Positions 1 to 10,611 of a stretch of DNA of 64,000 nt are shown in pieces. Where the stretch lies: assembly GCA_963719945.1 (NCBI GenBank), contig CAVRDX010000001.1, forward strand, positions 320,001 through 384,000. The letters are read 5' to 3'. Origin of the DNA: an uncultured Thermoplasmata archaeon. GTDB lineage: Archaea > Thermoplasmatota > Thermoplasmata > UBA10834. Below the pieces are notes generated by a model that was not told the origin of the DNA, searched no databases, and saw nothing but the letters and a program-made list of their open reading frames with translations. The first letter of the stretch is position 1. Every line of letters begins with the position of its first letter. A program made the translations under genes and the position numbers.

Positions 1-800
1 ACCGGCTCCACCTTCCTCATGACATCCGATGCAAATCTGGATTCAGATATGAGCACGCCCATGACGAATGCCCCGATGGCTTCTGAGAATCCGATGGCTA
101 TGGAGAAGTATGCCATGGCGAAACAGAGCCCTAACACGGTGACTATGAGGAGTTCACCGGAACGCTGCTTTCCAATGTAATCGACCAGGCGCGGGACCAC
201 CGCAAGCCCGAATACGAATGCGGCGGCCACGAACACACCCATCTTCAGGAGCAATCCTCCGAGTTGTCCTGGATTGATACCGCCGGACGATACCAATCCA
301 GACACGGCTGCAAGTATCAATACGGCGGCGAAATCCTCCACGATAAGCAAACCCATGACGAGTCTGGCCCGCTCCTTGTCCAGCCCTCCGCTCTCCATGA
401 GCGCCCGAACGATTATCATCGTAGACCCGACTGACAGGATAGCACCCAACAGAGTCGCTTCGAGAGAAGTCCAGCCCAGAGTTAGGCCTAGCTGGAATCC
501 GAATCCTATCATGAGCAGTATCTCAATGGTGGCGGCCACTATCACGGTTATACCGAGCGCCCTCAGCTTCTTGAAGTTGAATTCGAGCCCTATTGAGAAT
601 GTGATTAAGATGATGCCCAGTCTTGCCAGAAGCTCGACGGACTCTCTTGAAGAAGTCACAAAGGGGCCGACGAGTATTCCTGCCAGAAGATATCCGAGAA
701 TGAGGGGTTGTTTGAACCTGTGGAAGAGGACTATGATGACTGCAGCAACCGCTATGACGAGCGCCATGCTCATTACGAACTCTGTCTGCAAGTCTGCCAT
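1..800 (-). CDS. Cation:proton antiporter (CPA2/Kef-type); runs off the window start
   Basis: Manual translation from ATG at 800: MADLQTEFVMSMALVIAVAAVIIVLFHRFKQPLILGYLLAGILVGP..., a typical CPA2 N-terminus. Absent from the ORF track because it is truncated. Confidence 0.85.
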   Translation of the reverse strand, partial: MADLQTEFVMSMALVIAVAAVIIVLFHRFKQPLILGYLLAGILVGPFVTSSRESVELLARLGIILITFSIGLEFNFKKLRALGITVIVAATIEILLMIGFGFQLGLTLGWTSLEATLLGAILSVGSTMIIVRALMESGGLDKERARLVMGLLIVEDFAAVLILAAVSGLVSSGGINPGQLGGLLLKMGVFVAAAFVFGLAVVPRLVDYIGKQRSGELLIVTVLGLCFAMAYFSIAIGFSEAIGAFVMGVLISESRFASDVMRKVEP

Positions 801-1014
801 GATGACTGCACCGCTGCATTGAGCCCTGTCCCGGTCAAGCTCGAGGCATCCCTGTTCAGCCTTCCCGGTCCTCCCCATATTCAGAGCAATAGATGCTCTG
901 GCATCACTGATATGGGTTTGATTACTTAAGCTTGGTTCTTGCCCATAGTACGCCTGGAGCGACTACTAATGATGAGTTCGAACATGAAAGGTTAAAATCC
1001 GAATAGGTTCATCA

Positions 1015-1941
1015 ATGGTCTGGATGGCGGATAGGTTAAGGTTCTCTCAATTCCCAGATGGACAAGATGTCCGAACAAAGCTTTTCGGTCTTGGGAGTGC
1101 TGGATGCAACATGGTAGAGCCTGCTCCATACCCCAAGGTTGCTATATCCACATCGAGTGCTGACCTGGATCGCTCGGGTGCGGAGAGAAGAGTCCTTCTT
1201 GGCCAGGATCGTTTGGTCGGAGCATATCACACCGATCGATCCGTACTGAAACAGATGCCGTCGATAGTCGGACATGAGGTGATGGATGTGTTCAACAACA
1301 CCGATCTGGCATTCTTGATGTGCGGCCTCGGGGGCATCAGTGGGAGTCTCGGGACGAAGGTCTTCTCGACACTCGCTCAGTCAAAAGGGATTCTTGAGGT
1401 CATTCTGGCTGCGACACCGTTCTCCGCGGAGAGCACCAGGAGACGGGAGTTTGCCAAACGGATCCTCGGGGAGCTGCTCGAAACATCCACAGTCTGCATC
1501 GAGTTCGGGAACGACCAGCTGTCCACTCTGGCGCCGAACGTGCCTTTGTCAAAAGCCTTCTCGTTGATGAACAGTATCATGCTCCGACCAGTCATGGAAT
1601 TGTGCGCAACGACATCGAAATTGGACATGGGTCCGCTCGGACGGGTCATCGGTGATTCATCATATGGACGGTTCGGACTAGGCATGGCGCGCGGCGATGA
1701 GCGTGTCGAACGCGTTGTCAACGAAGCGCTCAGTTCGCCTTGGTTCGACTACGATCTCGCAGAGACCGATGCTGGCATCGTGATCTATTCATCTTCAGAT
1801 CCATGGGAAAAGGAAATGGAGTCAATCTTGGGTTCACTGGATTCTCATCTACCTCGTTGCCGCATGATCTGCGGATCATATGCTGATCCTGCTCTTGGTG
1901 ACCGGATAAGAGTGAGTCTGATTCTCTGCCGCACGCTCTGA
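1015..1941 (+). CDS. Divergent FtsZ/tubulin-superfamily protein
   Basis: LFGLGSAGCN (T1 loop), CGLGGISGSLG (degenerate GGGTGTG), TPFSAES..RR, NDQL, and a C-terminal RIRVSLI resembling FtsZ. Confidence 0.8.
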   Translation: MVWMADRLRFSQFPDGQDVRTKLFGLGSAGCNMVEPAPYPKVAISTSSADLDRSGAERRVLLGQDRLVGAYHTDRSVLKQMPSIVGHEVMDVFNNTDLAFLMCGLGGISGSLGTKVFSTLAQSKGILEVILAATPFSAESTRRREFAKRILGELLETSTVCIEFGNDQLSTLAPNVPLSKAFSLMNSIMLRPVMELCATTSKLDMGPLGRVIGDSSYGRFGLGMARGDERVERVVNEALSSPWFDYDLAETDAGIVIYSSSDPWEKEMESILGSLDSHLPRCRMICGSYADPALGDRIRVSLILCRTL

Positions 1942-1966
1942 AGTCTTTTCGTCTCACCCAACATCG

Positions 1967-2461
1967 TCATTCAAGTAATGGGAATCTCTGCACCAATGGG
2001 GTTCTGCTCCACCATCCGCCCAAGCCAATCCATTTGCCAGGCTGCACAAAGGCTATGCCGAGCAGTATGATCATGTATATTATGTGGTCATCCAGAATTG
2101 GATTGTTCTCTGGCGGCAGATTTGAGGACCACATGGTGATCATCAAGATTGCTCCGCCAAATCCTGCAATCTGATTTGCGAATCCGAGAATAAGAGCGAT
2201 TCCCAGAAGGAGAACCGCTGTCATGAAGACTAGGTCCACTATGGTATTCCCTGCGAGTCCTTCATAGAACCCGCTCAGCGGGCCAGAAGTCGCATAGCTC
2301 AAGAATCCTGTGGTTGGTGATCCACCATTTATCCATGAGCTTTCGGAAGACGTGGAATATCCTAGTCCGAACAACTTGTCAATGAATGCCCATAGGAATA
2401 TCCAACCCAGACCTATCCGAGCAGATGCCCAGACATATTGTTCCTTAGTCAACCTCTCCAT
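1967..2461 (-). CDS. DoxX/DoxD-family membrane protein (thiosulfate:quinone oxidoreductase large-subunit-like)
   Basis: RIGLGWIFLWAFIDKLFGLG, WINGGSPTTGFL, NNPILDDHIIY motifs. Confidence 0.85.
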   Translation of the reverse strand: MERLTKEQYVWASARIGLGWIFLWAFIDKLFGLGYSTSSESSWINGGSPTTGFLSYATSGPLSGFYEGLAGNTIVDLVFMTAVLLLGIALILGFANQIAGFGGAILMITMWSSNLPPENNPILDDHIIYMIILLGIAFVQPGKWIGLGGWWSRTPLVQRFPLLE

Positions 2462-2740
2462 CGTCGAAACACCTCGGGCAATAACGCCGTTATCTTGATT
2501 GGTGTCAGGATAATATTAAACTATCTCCGAATCACAGAGCATGTCACGAATTCCGTTTTGCTCAATTCGAAAAGTCTGTGGCAATTGTGCTCTTCGATGC
2601 ATAATTTCGGTTGATGTGAGAATAATCTTTCTAATCATGAACCGAAAATGACTTAGTAGATGGGATGGATGTCTTTGATGCGCCAGTACTATGAATCCGA
2701 TGGTCAAAATTCCCTTTTCTTTTAGGGAAAGGATTGCCTA

Positions 2741-4306
2741 TTGGCGCAAGTGTGGAGGGGAATCGTGAAAGCAATTAGAATAAGCGCTGCATTGGTACTG
2801 GTCGCGGTCGTATTGTCTGCGATGGCAGTTCCAATGATTGCGAAGAATGATGGTGGAGGCGGAAAGTCTGAGACAACGGTCTTGTACCTGAGTGGAACAC
2901 CTCGTGAGATGGGTCTTCAATATGGTGCGATGGCCAAAGACGCGATCGTGAGCAATGTGGCCCAGTTCTGGGATTGGGTTTCTGCGAATGGATTGTCGCA
3001 GCAAGCATTGATTGCGGATGCATTGGCGGATGAGGTGTACCTTACATCTGCGGTGATCGACGAACTGAAAGGTATGTCAAAGACGTCGGGAGTTTCATAC
3101 AACGATCTATTGACATTCAACAAGTACGGAAATGACGATTACGAACAGAAAGCATGCACCTGCTTCGCGGCTGCTGGTAGCGGAACAACTGATGGCGTGC
3201 CTATCACGTCAAAGAACCGGGATCAGAACAACATGCAGGTCCTCTTGCTCGTTGCTCCGGATTCTGGATACAAGTTCATCGGCATGATGTCCGCCGGTGC
3301 TGTCGGTATCTCTCAGGGTATCAATGAGATGGGTCTGTCTATTGGCCACACATGGATGCCAGTTCCTGAATACTATGACCCGGGCTATGCTCCGTTCGTC
3401 GTAAACCAGATGGTGATGGAGCAGTGTGCGGATGTGACTGAGGCTATCGCTCTGATAGGCGAGGTCCCGAAAGCCGAGGGTGCGACATTCATATTGTCTG
3501 ATGCGTCCATAGCGGCCTTCGTCGAGACCGTTCCATCCGTGATCAATACACCTGACACTGTGTACCAGATCATAACGGATGGAGCATATGTCCACACCAA
3601 CCACTATGTCATGGAACCTTTTTATTCATGGGTATTGGATGGTTCATTCCGCTACTTCTGGACGCCATCGGTGGCGAGATATGATCGTGGATTGGAGCTA
3701 TTGGCCGAGAATCCCGTCCTTGATGTCCAGACGGTGATGAGCTTTACAAGGGACCTCGAGAACTTCGGGAACCCCAACACGAATGCAGTGAAGGATGCGC
3801 ATCCCGAGATTCCGGAAGACTGCTGGTGGGATGGATGGCCTGGATTCTCCATCTCAAACGCAAGGACTGTGAGCGCTTCGGTATTCCGTTCTGATCCCGT
3901 CAACTCGGAAGAGATGTCTGTGATGTGGATGGCGATAAACGGTCCTGTGTGGGCACCATATGTTGCATTGCACAATGCAATCCTAAACGAGTTGGACGTT
4001 GCGAGCGTGCTTCTTCAGGATTATGTCACAGGGATTGCCTGGAGCGCAGCATCTCAGCTTAGGAGCAGCGGGCTCTATGAGTGGGGCGATCTGGTTCCAG
4101 TCTACGAGCAGTGGGAGATCGAACAGCTCGTCGATGTGATTGCCAGCGAGGATGAGGCAAGAACTCTGATATCCAACGGAGAGATGGATTCGGCTTGCCT
4201 GTTGCTTACAGTCACAGATGGCGGAATAGCCCAAGCTGCGGTCGAGTTGATGCAGAGCCTGCTAGAGTCACCATTGTCAATGGAACTCATTGCAGTGCCA
4301 CAGTGA
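2741..4306 (+). CDS. Secreted C45-family (Ntn-hydrolase) autoproteolytic acyltransferase/peptidase
   Basis: Signal peptide; GTPREMGLQYG; A-CT autoprocessing site; KNRD; GINEMGL; HTNHY. Confidence 0.85.
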   Translation: MAQVWRGIVKAIRISAALVLVAVVLSAMAVPMIAKNDGGGGKSETTVLYLSGTPREMGLQYGAMAKDAIVSNVAQFWDWVSANGLSQQALIADALADEVYLTSAVIDELKGMSKTSGVSYNDLLTFNKYGNDDYEQKACTCFAAAGSGTTDGVPITSKNRDQNNMQVLLLVAPDSGYKFIGMMSAGAVGISQGINEMGLSIGHTWMPVPEYYDPGYAPFVVNQMVMEQCADVTEAIALIGEVPKAEGATFILSDASIAAFVETVPSVINTPDTVYQIITDGAYVHTNHYVMEPFYSWVLDGSFRYFWTPSVARYDRGLELLAENPVLDVQTVMSFTRDLENFGNPNTNAVKDAHPEIPEDCWWDGWPGFSISNARTVSASVFRSDPVNSEEMSVMWMAINGPVWAPYVALHNAILNELDVASVLLQDYVTGIAWSAASQLRSSGLYEWGDLVPVYEQWEIEQLVDVIASEDEARTLISNGEMDSACLLLTVTDGGIAQAAVELMQSLLESPLSMELIAVPQ

Positions 4307-4481
4307 AACAGGGCGCATCCCTGGTCACGAACCAAACCCTTTATCCTTCAATATTTTCAAGGCTAGTGCTATTAGTTCGAAGAATGAACCAAAACCGGCT
4401 TCTAATACTTGATTCAATTAATTCTGGGGAATCCGACCGGGAAGACCGGCGAGGGTCTACCCGCTTTTTCTATTAATTGGT

Positions 4482-4979
4482 TCAGTGGAACTCTTCGAAG
4501 GAGACGATTTCATCGAAGTTCTTCCTCTTGCGGGCGATCTTGTGGTCTCCTTTGGGATAACCGATGGCAAGCATGGCCACTATCGCATATTCTTCTGGAG
4601 CCTTGATGGCGGCTTTGACTGCATCTTCATCAAAGCTGCCGATCCAGCAGCTGCCCACCCCATCAGCCGTGGCTTGAGTGACCATATTCTGCAGAGCGAT
4701 CGTGACATCCACAGTATACCATTCAGGAGATCGCTTCTTATTCCCGCATCCCACGATTACTACAGGACACTCGGTCAAGAATTTGGCATATCTTCCGTGA
4801 GATAGTGCCTTTCTTATCTGTTGGTCACGCACGACCACGAATTTCCATGGTTGGTAGTTCATGGCAGAGGGCGCGATCCGTCCAGCTTCGAGTATCCTTC
4901 GGAGTGCCTCCTCAGGTATCTCCTTCGAGTCATATTCTCGGATGGATATTCTCTTGTTGATTGGGTCAATCAGATTCAT
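4482..4979 (-). CDS. Nitroreductase family protein
   Basis: RISIREY, APSAMNYQPWKFVVV, GVGSCWIG, LAIGYP. Confidence 0.92.
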   Translation of the reverse strand: MNLIDPINKRISIREYDSKEIPEEALRRILEAGRIAPSAMNYQPWKFVVVRDQQIRKALSHGRYAKFLTECPVVIVGCGNKKRSPEWYTVDVTIALQNMVTQATADGVGSCWIGSFDEDAVKAAIKAPEEYAIVAMLAIGYPKGDHKIARKRKNFDEIVSFEEFH

Positions 4980-5105
4980 GATAATCCCTCTCTCATGGGC
5001 ATCATGCGTTAATTAGCCTTGTGGAATCGTCAGTTCGATTGATGCTGAGGCGCCGTCAGTTATTCATGAGAGTTCACGCATTATCCCAACATCGGAGGAC
5101 CGTGT

Positions 5106-5822
5106 TTGGCCGATGCACTATCAATCGCCGACTTGGAGCGAATGAGAGTCGGTGAACCATTCTTCAGCAGAAAGAATCGAGTGTTCAGAGTGAATCTTGA
5201 AGGAAGGATATGCGTGGCCAAGGTCTCTGGACCAGGACGGGAGAACCTGATTGCACACGAATATGAAGTCCTGTGCAAATGCAGACGGTATGGAGTACCT
5301 GTTCCTGAGCCTATCATGCAATTGAAGGATGCATTCATCATGAGCGCTGTTGACGGAGATAATGCGTCCGAGGTCTTTGATTCATGTTTCGAAATCTCGA
5401 GTAATAGTGCAGGTGATACGAAATTGGGCCAACTTGCCGATCATGTCGCATCTTGGCTCTACTCTTTTCATAAAGCGTTCGATTTCGAATATATCAGAGG
5501 CGATTCGATACTTCGCAATTTCATCGAAGTTCCAGGAGGACTGGTCGGGATTGATCTCGAGGAGTCCCATGAAGGCGACCCGATTGAAGATCTGGGGCAA
5601 GTATGCGCGTACATCATAGCCACAAGACCAATGTTCATTGATGCGAAGTTCGATTTCGCAAGGGCAATAGTTGCTGAGTATGAGGATAGAAGCAAGAGTG
5701 ACATTAGGTTGAAACTACCACGTTCTGTGTCTTGTGCGCTGAGGTATTATGGTGGGTTCAGGAGTGATTGCGCGCTGATGTGCGAATGGGCGGACCGGAT
5801 AGCCTCCTGGAGCAAATTCTAG
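5106..5822 (+). CDS. Protein-kinase-like phosphotransferase (APH/choline kinase/RIO-like)
   Basis: VAK lysine, HEYEVL, GVPVPEP, RGDSILRNF catalytic loop, IDLEE. Confidence 0.75.
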   Translation: MADALSIADLERMRVGEPFFSRKNRVFRVNLEGRICVAKVSGPGRENLIAHEYEVLCKCRRYGVPVPEPIMQLKDAFIMSAVDGDNASEVFDSCFEISSNSAGDTKLGQLADHVASWLYSFHKAFDFEYIRGDSILRNFIEVPGGLVGIDLEESHEGDPIEDLGQVCAYIIATRPMFIDAKFDFARAIVAEYEDRSKSDIRLKLPRSVSCALRYYGGFRSDCALMCEWADRIASWSKF

Positions 5823-6568
5823 ATGTGTATGATCGAATCGATCTCATAGCATCTGGAGAAATATATGATGGCAATAGCCAGCGCAATGGTTGATATCACC
5901 AGCAAGATATCCCATGCAGTCATTCTGAGTGGCTTGAGCAATGTCCGTTTCGGGTACGCGCCGAATCCCCTGCCCGTCATGGATGCCGCAAGAGTGTTGA
6001 CCTTGGACATCGCTGAGATCAGCATCGGCATGGTTGTATATCTTGCAGCTCTGAAGATACCCTTGATGCTCTTGTCCAATTTCATGCCTCTGGTGACCTG
6101 AGCTTCGCGAACTGCACTCAGTTCCATCTGGAAGACAGGGACGAATCTCATAGCCAATGCTGGTAGGTAGGCGAACCTGTAGGGGGCTCCCGAACTTATG
6201 AGCGCAGAGGAGAAATCAGAGGCTCTTGTCGTAGCGACGAATATCCATGACATCGTGATCAAAGCCATGAATCTTCCCGCTATCAACACTCCTGTTTCTA
6301 TTCCTCCCCAATTGACATCAAGGAACAGTATTCTCAGGGCGACTTCTCCGGAATGGTTGAATATCACTTGAGCGAGGAAAATAGCGAATGCGAACCACAT
6401 GACCCCTTTTGTGAAGGTGCTTCTGGCATTTGTGAATACCTTGGCCAATATCACCACAGCCACAAACATAACCATGTACGCAGGATCTGAGATCTGGAAG
6501 ACCATGACCGATAGCACTATCAGGGTGAGGAATTTGGCCAAAGGATTGACGGCGTGAGGTCTACCCAT
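5819..6568 (-). CDS. ecfT: ECF transporter transmembrane T component
   Basis: NPLAK, ALAMRFVP, AQVTRG and SMTGRGF conserved Arg motifs. Confidence 0.9.
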   Translation of the reverse strand: MGRPHAVNPLAKFLTLIVLSVMVFQISDPAYMVMFVAVVILAKVFTNARSTFTKGVMWFAFAIFLAQVIFNHSGEVALRILFLDVNWGGIETGVLIAGRFMALITMSWIFVATTRASDFSSALISSGAPYRFAYLPALAMRFVPVFQMELSAVREAQVTRGMKLDKSIKGIFRAARYTTMPMLISAMSKVNTLAASMTGRGFGAYPKRTLLKPLRMTAWDILLVISTIALAIAIIYFSRCYEIDSIIHI

Positions 6569-8033
6569 CCATCTTCCCTCCGATTGGCAGGAGTTGCTTC
6601 CATGACTCTTCGGATATTTCTTTTACGGCTCCATCTGCAACTGTCTTTCCGTTCTTCATGATCAGAACGTCTGTGCAGAATCCTCGTGCGAACGCGATGT
6701 CGTGGGTCACGATTATTATTGTCTTGCCAGATCTCTGAAGATTGGCAAGCAATTCCATGATCTTGGACACATTATCCTCGTCCTGTCCTGCGAACGGTTC
6801 GTCCAACAGGAGTATGCTCGGACCATGGGCAGATGCGGATCTGATGTTCACCCTTCTCTTCTGTCCGAAGCTGAGGCATTGAGGATGGACGTATCTTCTG
6901 ACTCCTTCGGCGCCCTCAAAAAACTCAATTGAGTTCTCCGCCTCTTGCATCGATGTGCCAAAGTTCTGAGGTCCGAACTTGATCTCCTTCTCGACAGTCT
7001 TCTCGAACATCTGGTGATTCGGATTCTGGAAGACCAATCCGATGTCTCTCCCCAGTACCCATGGCTCGACAGGGTTATTCTTGGTTATACGATGATTCTT
7101 GAATTCTATCGAACCTGAGGATACCTTGATTAGCCCCATGATATGTTTCAGCAGAGTCGTCTTCCCTGAGCCGTTCTCTCCCATAAGCGCGACCACTGCT
7201 CCATCCGTCACCGTGAATTCGACATCTTCCAGTATTCTTTTCTCCCCAATCTGATAATTGAGGCCATTCACCGTAAGAATGGTTCCATTCCTTGGGACGA
7301 CCTCTGGATAAATGCGCGCCTCTTTTAGTGATCTGCAGATATCCGCGAACTTCAGGTCTTCAGCAGTGCAATCATGCGATATTTTGCCCCTATCCATAAC
7401 GATGATCCGAGTCGCCATATCCATGAATTCATGGACTCGGTGCTCCACGACAACTACTGTCATCTTCCTTACGGTTCTGAGCTTCTCGATGGCTAATACG
7501 ACTTCAGCAACGGACTTCGGGTCAAGGCTTGATGTCGGCTCATCAAGTATCAATATCTTCGGATCGAGCGCGAGCATGGACGCTATGGCTACCTTCTGCT
7601 TCTCCCCTCCCGATAGAGTGGATATGTCTCGATCTATCAGGTGAGAAGCATTGACTGATTCCAGCGTTTCGTGGACTTTCTGCCGGATATCTTCTTCCCT
7701 GAATCTAAAATTCTCAAGGCCGAAGGCAATTTCTTCTTCGACCGTTTCGGTGCAGAACTGGGTCTCTGGATCCTGTTGCACCATTGCTATGAATCGTGCA
7801 GTATCAATTGGATCGACCAGCTCATCTCCATCTATTCTGATCGAGCCGGATAGTTCTGCGGGTATGATCTCAGGTATGAATCTGCATACGGCCTGCATGG
7901 CAGTCGATTTCCCAGATGCGCTATTGCCAGCTAGCACGACGAACTCGCCGTGTCCTATTGAGAATGATATATCTTGGACGGCAAGTATTGACCTATTCTC
8001 ATACCTGACGCACAGGTGCGATACTTCGAGCAT
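6561..8033 (-). CDS. ecfA: ECF transporter duplicated ATPase (A-A' fusion)
   Basis: Two NBDs: GNSASGKS/QDPETQ/LSGGEKQ/LDEPT and GENGSGKT/FQNP/LSFGQK/LDEPF. Confidence 0.93.
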   Translation of the reverse strand: MLEVSHLCVRYENRSILAVQDISFSIGHGEFVVLAGNSASGKSTAMQAVCRFIPEIIPAELSGSIRIDGDELVDPIDTARFIAMVQQDPETQFCTETVEEEIAFGLENFRFREEDIRQKVHETLESVNASHLIDRDISTLSGGEKQKVAIASMLALDPKILILDEPTSSLDPKSVAEVVLAIEKLRTVRKMTVVVVEHRVHEFMDMATRIIVMDRGKISHDCTAEDLKFADICRSLKEARIYPEVVPRNGTILTVNGLNYQIGEKRILEDVEFTVTDGAVVALMGENGSGKTTLLKHIMGLIKVSSGSIEFKNHRITKNNPVEPWVLGRDIGLVFQNPNHQMFEKTVEKEIKFGPQNFGTSMQEAENSIEFFEGAEGVRRYVHPQCLSFGQKRRVNIRSASAHGPSILLLDEPFAGQDEDNVSKIMELLANLQRSGKTIIIVTHDIAFARGFCTDVLIMKNGKTVADGAVKEISEESWKQLLPIGGKMDG

Positions 8034-9116
8034 CTACCTCACTTCGATCTTGATGACGTCCTCGACCCAATACGCACCTTCATATTCAGCAGCTACCAGT
8101 GTATAGATGTCATCTTCCACGGTCAGTATTAGGCGGTCATCCGACATGACGCTCACAAATGAAAAAACCACTGTGTAGCCATCACTTCCCCAAATGACCA
8201 CATCTGAAGCATCATCCCCAGGAGACGATTCTTCTATTATGATATTGACGGGCACACCTGTATAGTTCGTGGGTGGTACATATGTCACTACGCCTTTGAG
8301 TTCGGCGTTGATAGTGATTTCCTGGTTCTCGAAGTCACCGTACCGGAAATAATACGGATTCTGCACATCGCCGGTTATTTCAACGGTATCTGAACCTGGA
8401 AGGACGAAGACGAACATGTAATAATACACTCCTCCGATGGCGAAAACTGCCAGGAACGCAACGACGACCGACATCGCTGCGATGGCCTTCTTCTTCTTTC
8501 CCTTCTGCTCCAGGTACGCCTTCTCATCGAACTCGGGTGAATCCACCATCATCGGTTTTCGTGCACGGACGATTCCCGATGTCTCTAATGTGTCCAGCAT
8601 CTGGAGCACGAGCCATCCGCCGAATATCATCCCTGATGCATATGCCAACATACACAGCATGGCAATTAGTATGATTGGGACTCCGGAGAAGAAGAATATC
8701 TGGAAGACCACGACATTGGCTGCCGCGGATAGTCCTCCTGCGAATGTGTACGCAAAGATGTTCCGATCGGATTTGGTGCTGTCTTTGAACATCACTATGT
8801 CGGGAATGATGCCTTGGATCACAGAGACCACGACTATTACGATCCCGTGAGTGCTCCCCATGAATAATTCGATTATACCCTTGACGAGTCCCGTGACGGT
8901 GCCTGCCCCCTTCTTTCTCGTAAGGGCTATTGCCAGCATGATCCAGATGACATGCAATCCTGAAAGGAACTGCCCCGCACCGAAAGGCACGCCAACGATA
9001 TGGTTCACCATGTTCCCCAGGTAGCCCACATATGTCGAAAGCACCCCCCCCAATGCGGACAGAAGAGCTATCGTCACAAGATCTTTCGTGCTGAAGTGAT
9101 ACTTAATGTCGGTCAC
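8034..9116 (-). CDS. ECF S component (YkoE/ABC_cobalt-like) fused to a C-terminal extracytoplasmic molybdopterin-oxidoreductase-like domain
   Basis: About six N-terminal TM helices (KDLVTIALLSALGG...RKKGAG), a further TM, then YTGVPV...GSDGY...YWVEDVIKIEV. GTG start at 9116 overlaps the upstream TGA. Confidence 0.8.
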   Translation of the reverse strand: MTDIKYHFSTKDLVTIALLSALGGVLSTYVGYLGNMVNHIVGVPFGAGQFLSGLHVIWIMLAIALTRKKGAGTVTGLVKGIIELFMGSTHGIVIVVVSVIQGIIPDIVMFKDSTKSDRNIFAYTFAGGLSAAANVVVFQIFFFSGVPIILIAMLCMLAYASGMIFGGWLVLQMLDTLETSGIVRARKPMMVDSPEFDEKAYLEQKGKKKKAIAAMSVVVAFLAVFAIGGVYYYMFVFVLPGSDTVEITGDVQNPYYFRYGDFENQEITINAELKGVVTYVPPTNYTGVPVNIIIEESSPGDDASDVVIWGSDGYTVVFSFVSVMSDDRLILTVEDDIYTLVAAEYEGAYWVEDVIKIEVR

Positions 9117-10603
9117 GCCCCGTCCAATATCGTTATGCTGACTACATTGCTGACCCATCTAGCGCCAGCAGAGGCGTTGATATCGTATCCCTGTCCCTCG
9201 TACGATGTCAATTCGCAGTCGGAGTTACTGTAGAGGCCATCGTCCGGCAGCATCGCCAGCCTCGGTCCGTCCTGCCATTCGGGTGCACTGAGATCATCGT
9301 ACGCTATCGCGATCACCATGAAACCCTGCAATTCTAGCCATGTCTCGCTCGGGTAGACGTTCAGATACCCGAAATCTTGATAGTAGGTGTCAATGGATTC
9401 GATCCTGAGCAAATCCCCTTCCTCCATGCCGCCGACTTGCGCCAGCAGGTCGGAGATCAATATGCCCGTATAGTCTCCTTGACCGCCGATGTTCCCGTAT
9501 GCGTTCTCATATGACGAGTACTTGTGAATCTGGGTCATCTGTCCTAGATCCTCATAGGTAAGGTTGACGACCGTGCCGTCCTTTCCCGTTATCGATATGA
9601 AATCTCCCATCAGTCCAAAGTCGATATCGGTCTTTTCATATGAGATGGATGAAGACGAAACTTCGACAGACACATAGTGGTGGGTGCCGTTGTCAAGGGA
9701 TGCGCCTGCACCGCCCGTTATAATGAACGCTGTGTTCTCTATCTTCTGGTAGTGGAACGCGTGCACATGTCCGGTGAACACCGCGTCTACCTCATCTTCA
9801 AGGACGAACTCCTGGAATCTCTCACACGAATCCAGGTCGAGCGTGTGATTATCTGTGAATGGGTCGTAGCTCGGTGCGTGAGTCACCACGACCTTCCTCT
9901 CCGCATTCTTGAAAATCTCTCTCATCCATTGAATTTCCTCCTCCGATATGTTCAAATCGGACGAGTCCACAATCGCGAATGTTATCCCCGAGTATGCGAA
10001 CGAATAAGACATCGGAGCGAACCTTTTCTGATAATCGATGCCCTCATCGCTCTTGATGTCGTGGTTTCCAGGGGTCGTGTAGATTGGGATCGGGGATACA
10101 TCGAAAGCTGCTTCCAAAGCATCGAATTCCTTTGGCAATCCAGATGGCGTCATGTCTCCACAGTGTATCACGAATTCGTAATCCGCTATGTCGCTGAGGA
10201 TGGTTTCCAGCATCGAATTGAATCCTTGGCTGTCCCCGAGAACAACGAACTTGAACTCGGACTTCTCATCCGTAGTCAGTTCGTATCTATCCCTGCCTTT
10301 CTCTGCCATGAACGAGACGTTCGTTCCATCTCGTGATATTGTATCATCATAGTCTATGATCTGGGCATCTGGATGGCAGTTAGTGAGAATGACCTCTCCT
10401 GAAAAACCATGGAGTGACAGGGTCACTTCAGGGGAGAGGCATCTAAAAATGATCTTGTTGGAGTTTTCAGAAAGCAAGGTGCCTCCAGTGATCTCTGCTC
10501 CTTCATCTGCACGCAGGAACACAGTCATCGATGCCGATAGCAGACAAGCTATGGCTATCGAGCCGATCACCAGGGCAATCTTGCTTCTCTTTGAGTTTAT
10601 CAT
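9113..10603 (-). CDS. Membrane-anchored calcineurin-like metallophosphoesterase fused to a molybdopterin-oxidoreductase-like domain
   Basis: N-terminal anchor; GDSQG, GDMT, GNHD, THAP, GHVH motifs; C-terminal YTGILISDLL...SIDTY...GPRLA...RWVSNVVSI. Confidence 0.85.
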   Translation of the reverse strand: MINSKRSKIALVIGSIAIACLLSASMTVFLRADEGAEITGGTLLSENSNKIIFRCLSPEVTLSLHGFSGEVILTNCHPDAQIIDYDDTISRDGTNVSFMAEKGRDRYELTTDEKSEFKFVVLGDSQGFNSMLETILSDIADYEFVIHCGDMTPSGLPKEFDALEAAFDVSPIPIYTTPGNHDIKSDEGIDYQKRFAPMSYSFAYSGITFAIVDSSDLNISEEEIQWMREIFKNAERKVVVTHAPSYDPFTDNHTLDLDSCERFQEFVLEDEVDAVFTGHVHAFHYQKIENTAFIITGGAGASLDNGTHHYVSVEVSSSSISYEKTDIDFGLMGDFISITGKDGTVVNLTYEDLGQMTQIHKYSSYENAYGNIGGQGDYTGILISDLLAQVGGMEEGDLLRIESIDTYYQDFGYLNVYPSETWLELQGFMVIAIAYDDLSAPEWQDGPRLAMLPDDGLYSNSDCELTSYEGQGYDINASAGARWVSNVVSITILDGA

Positions 10604-10611
10604 GCTTCGAC

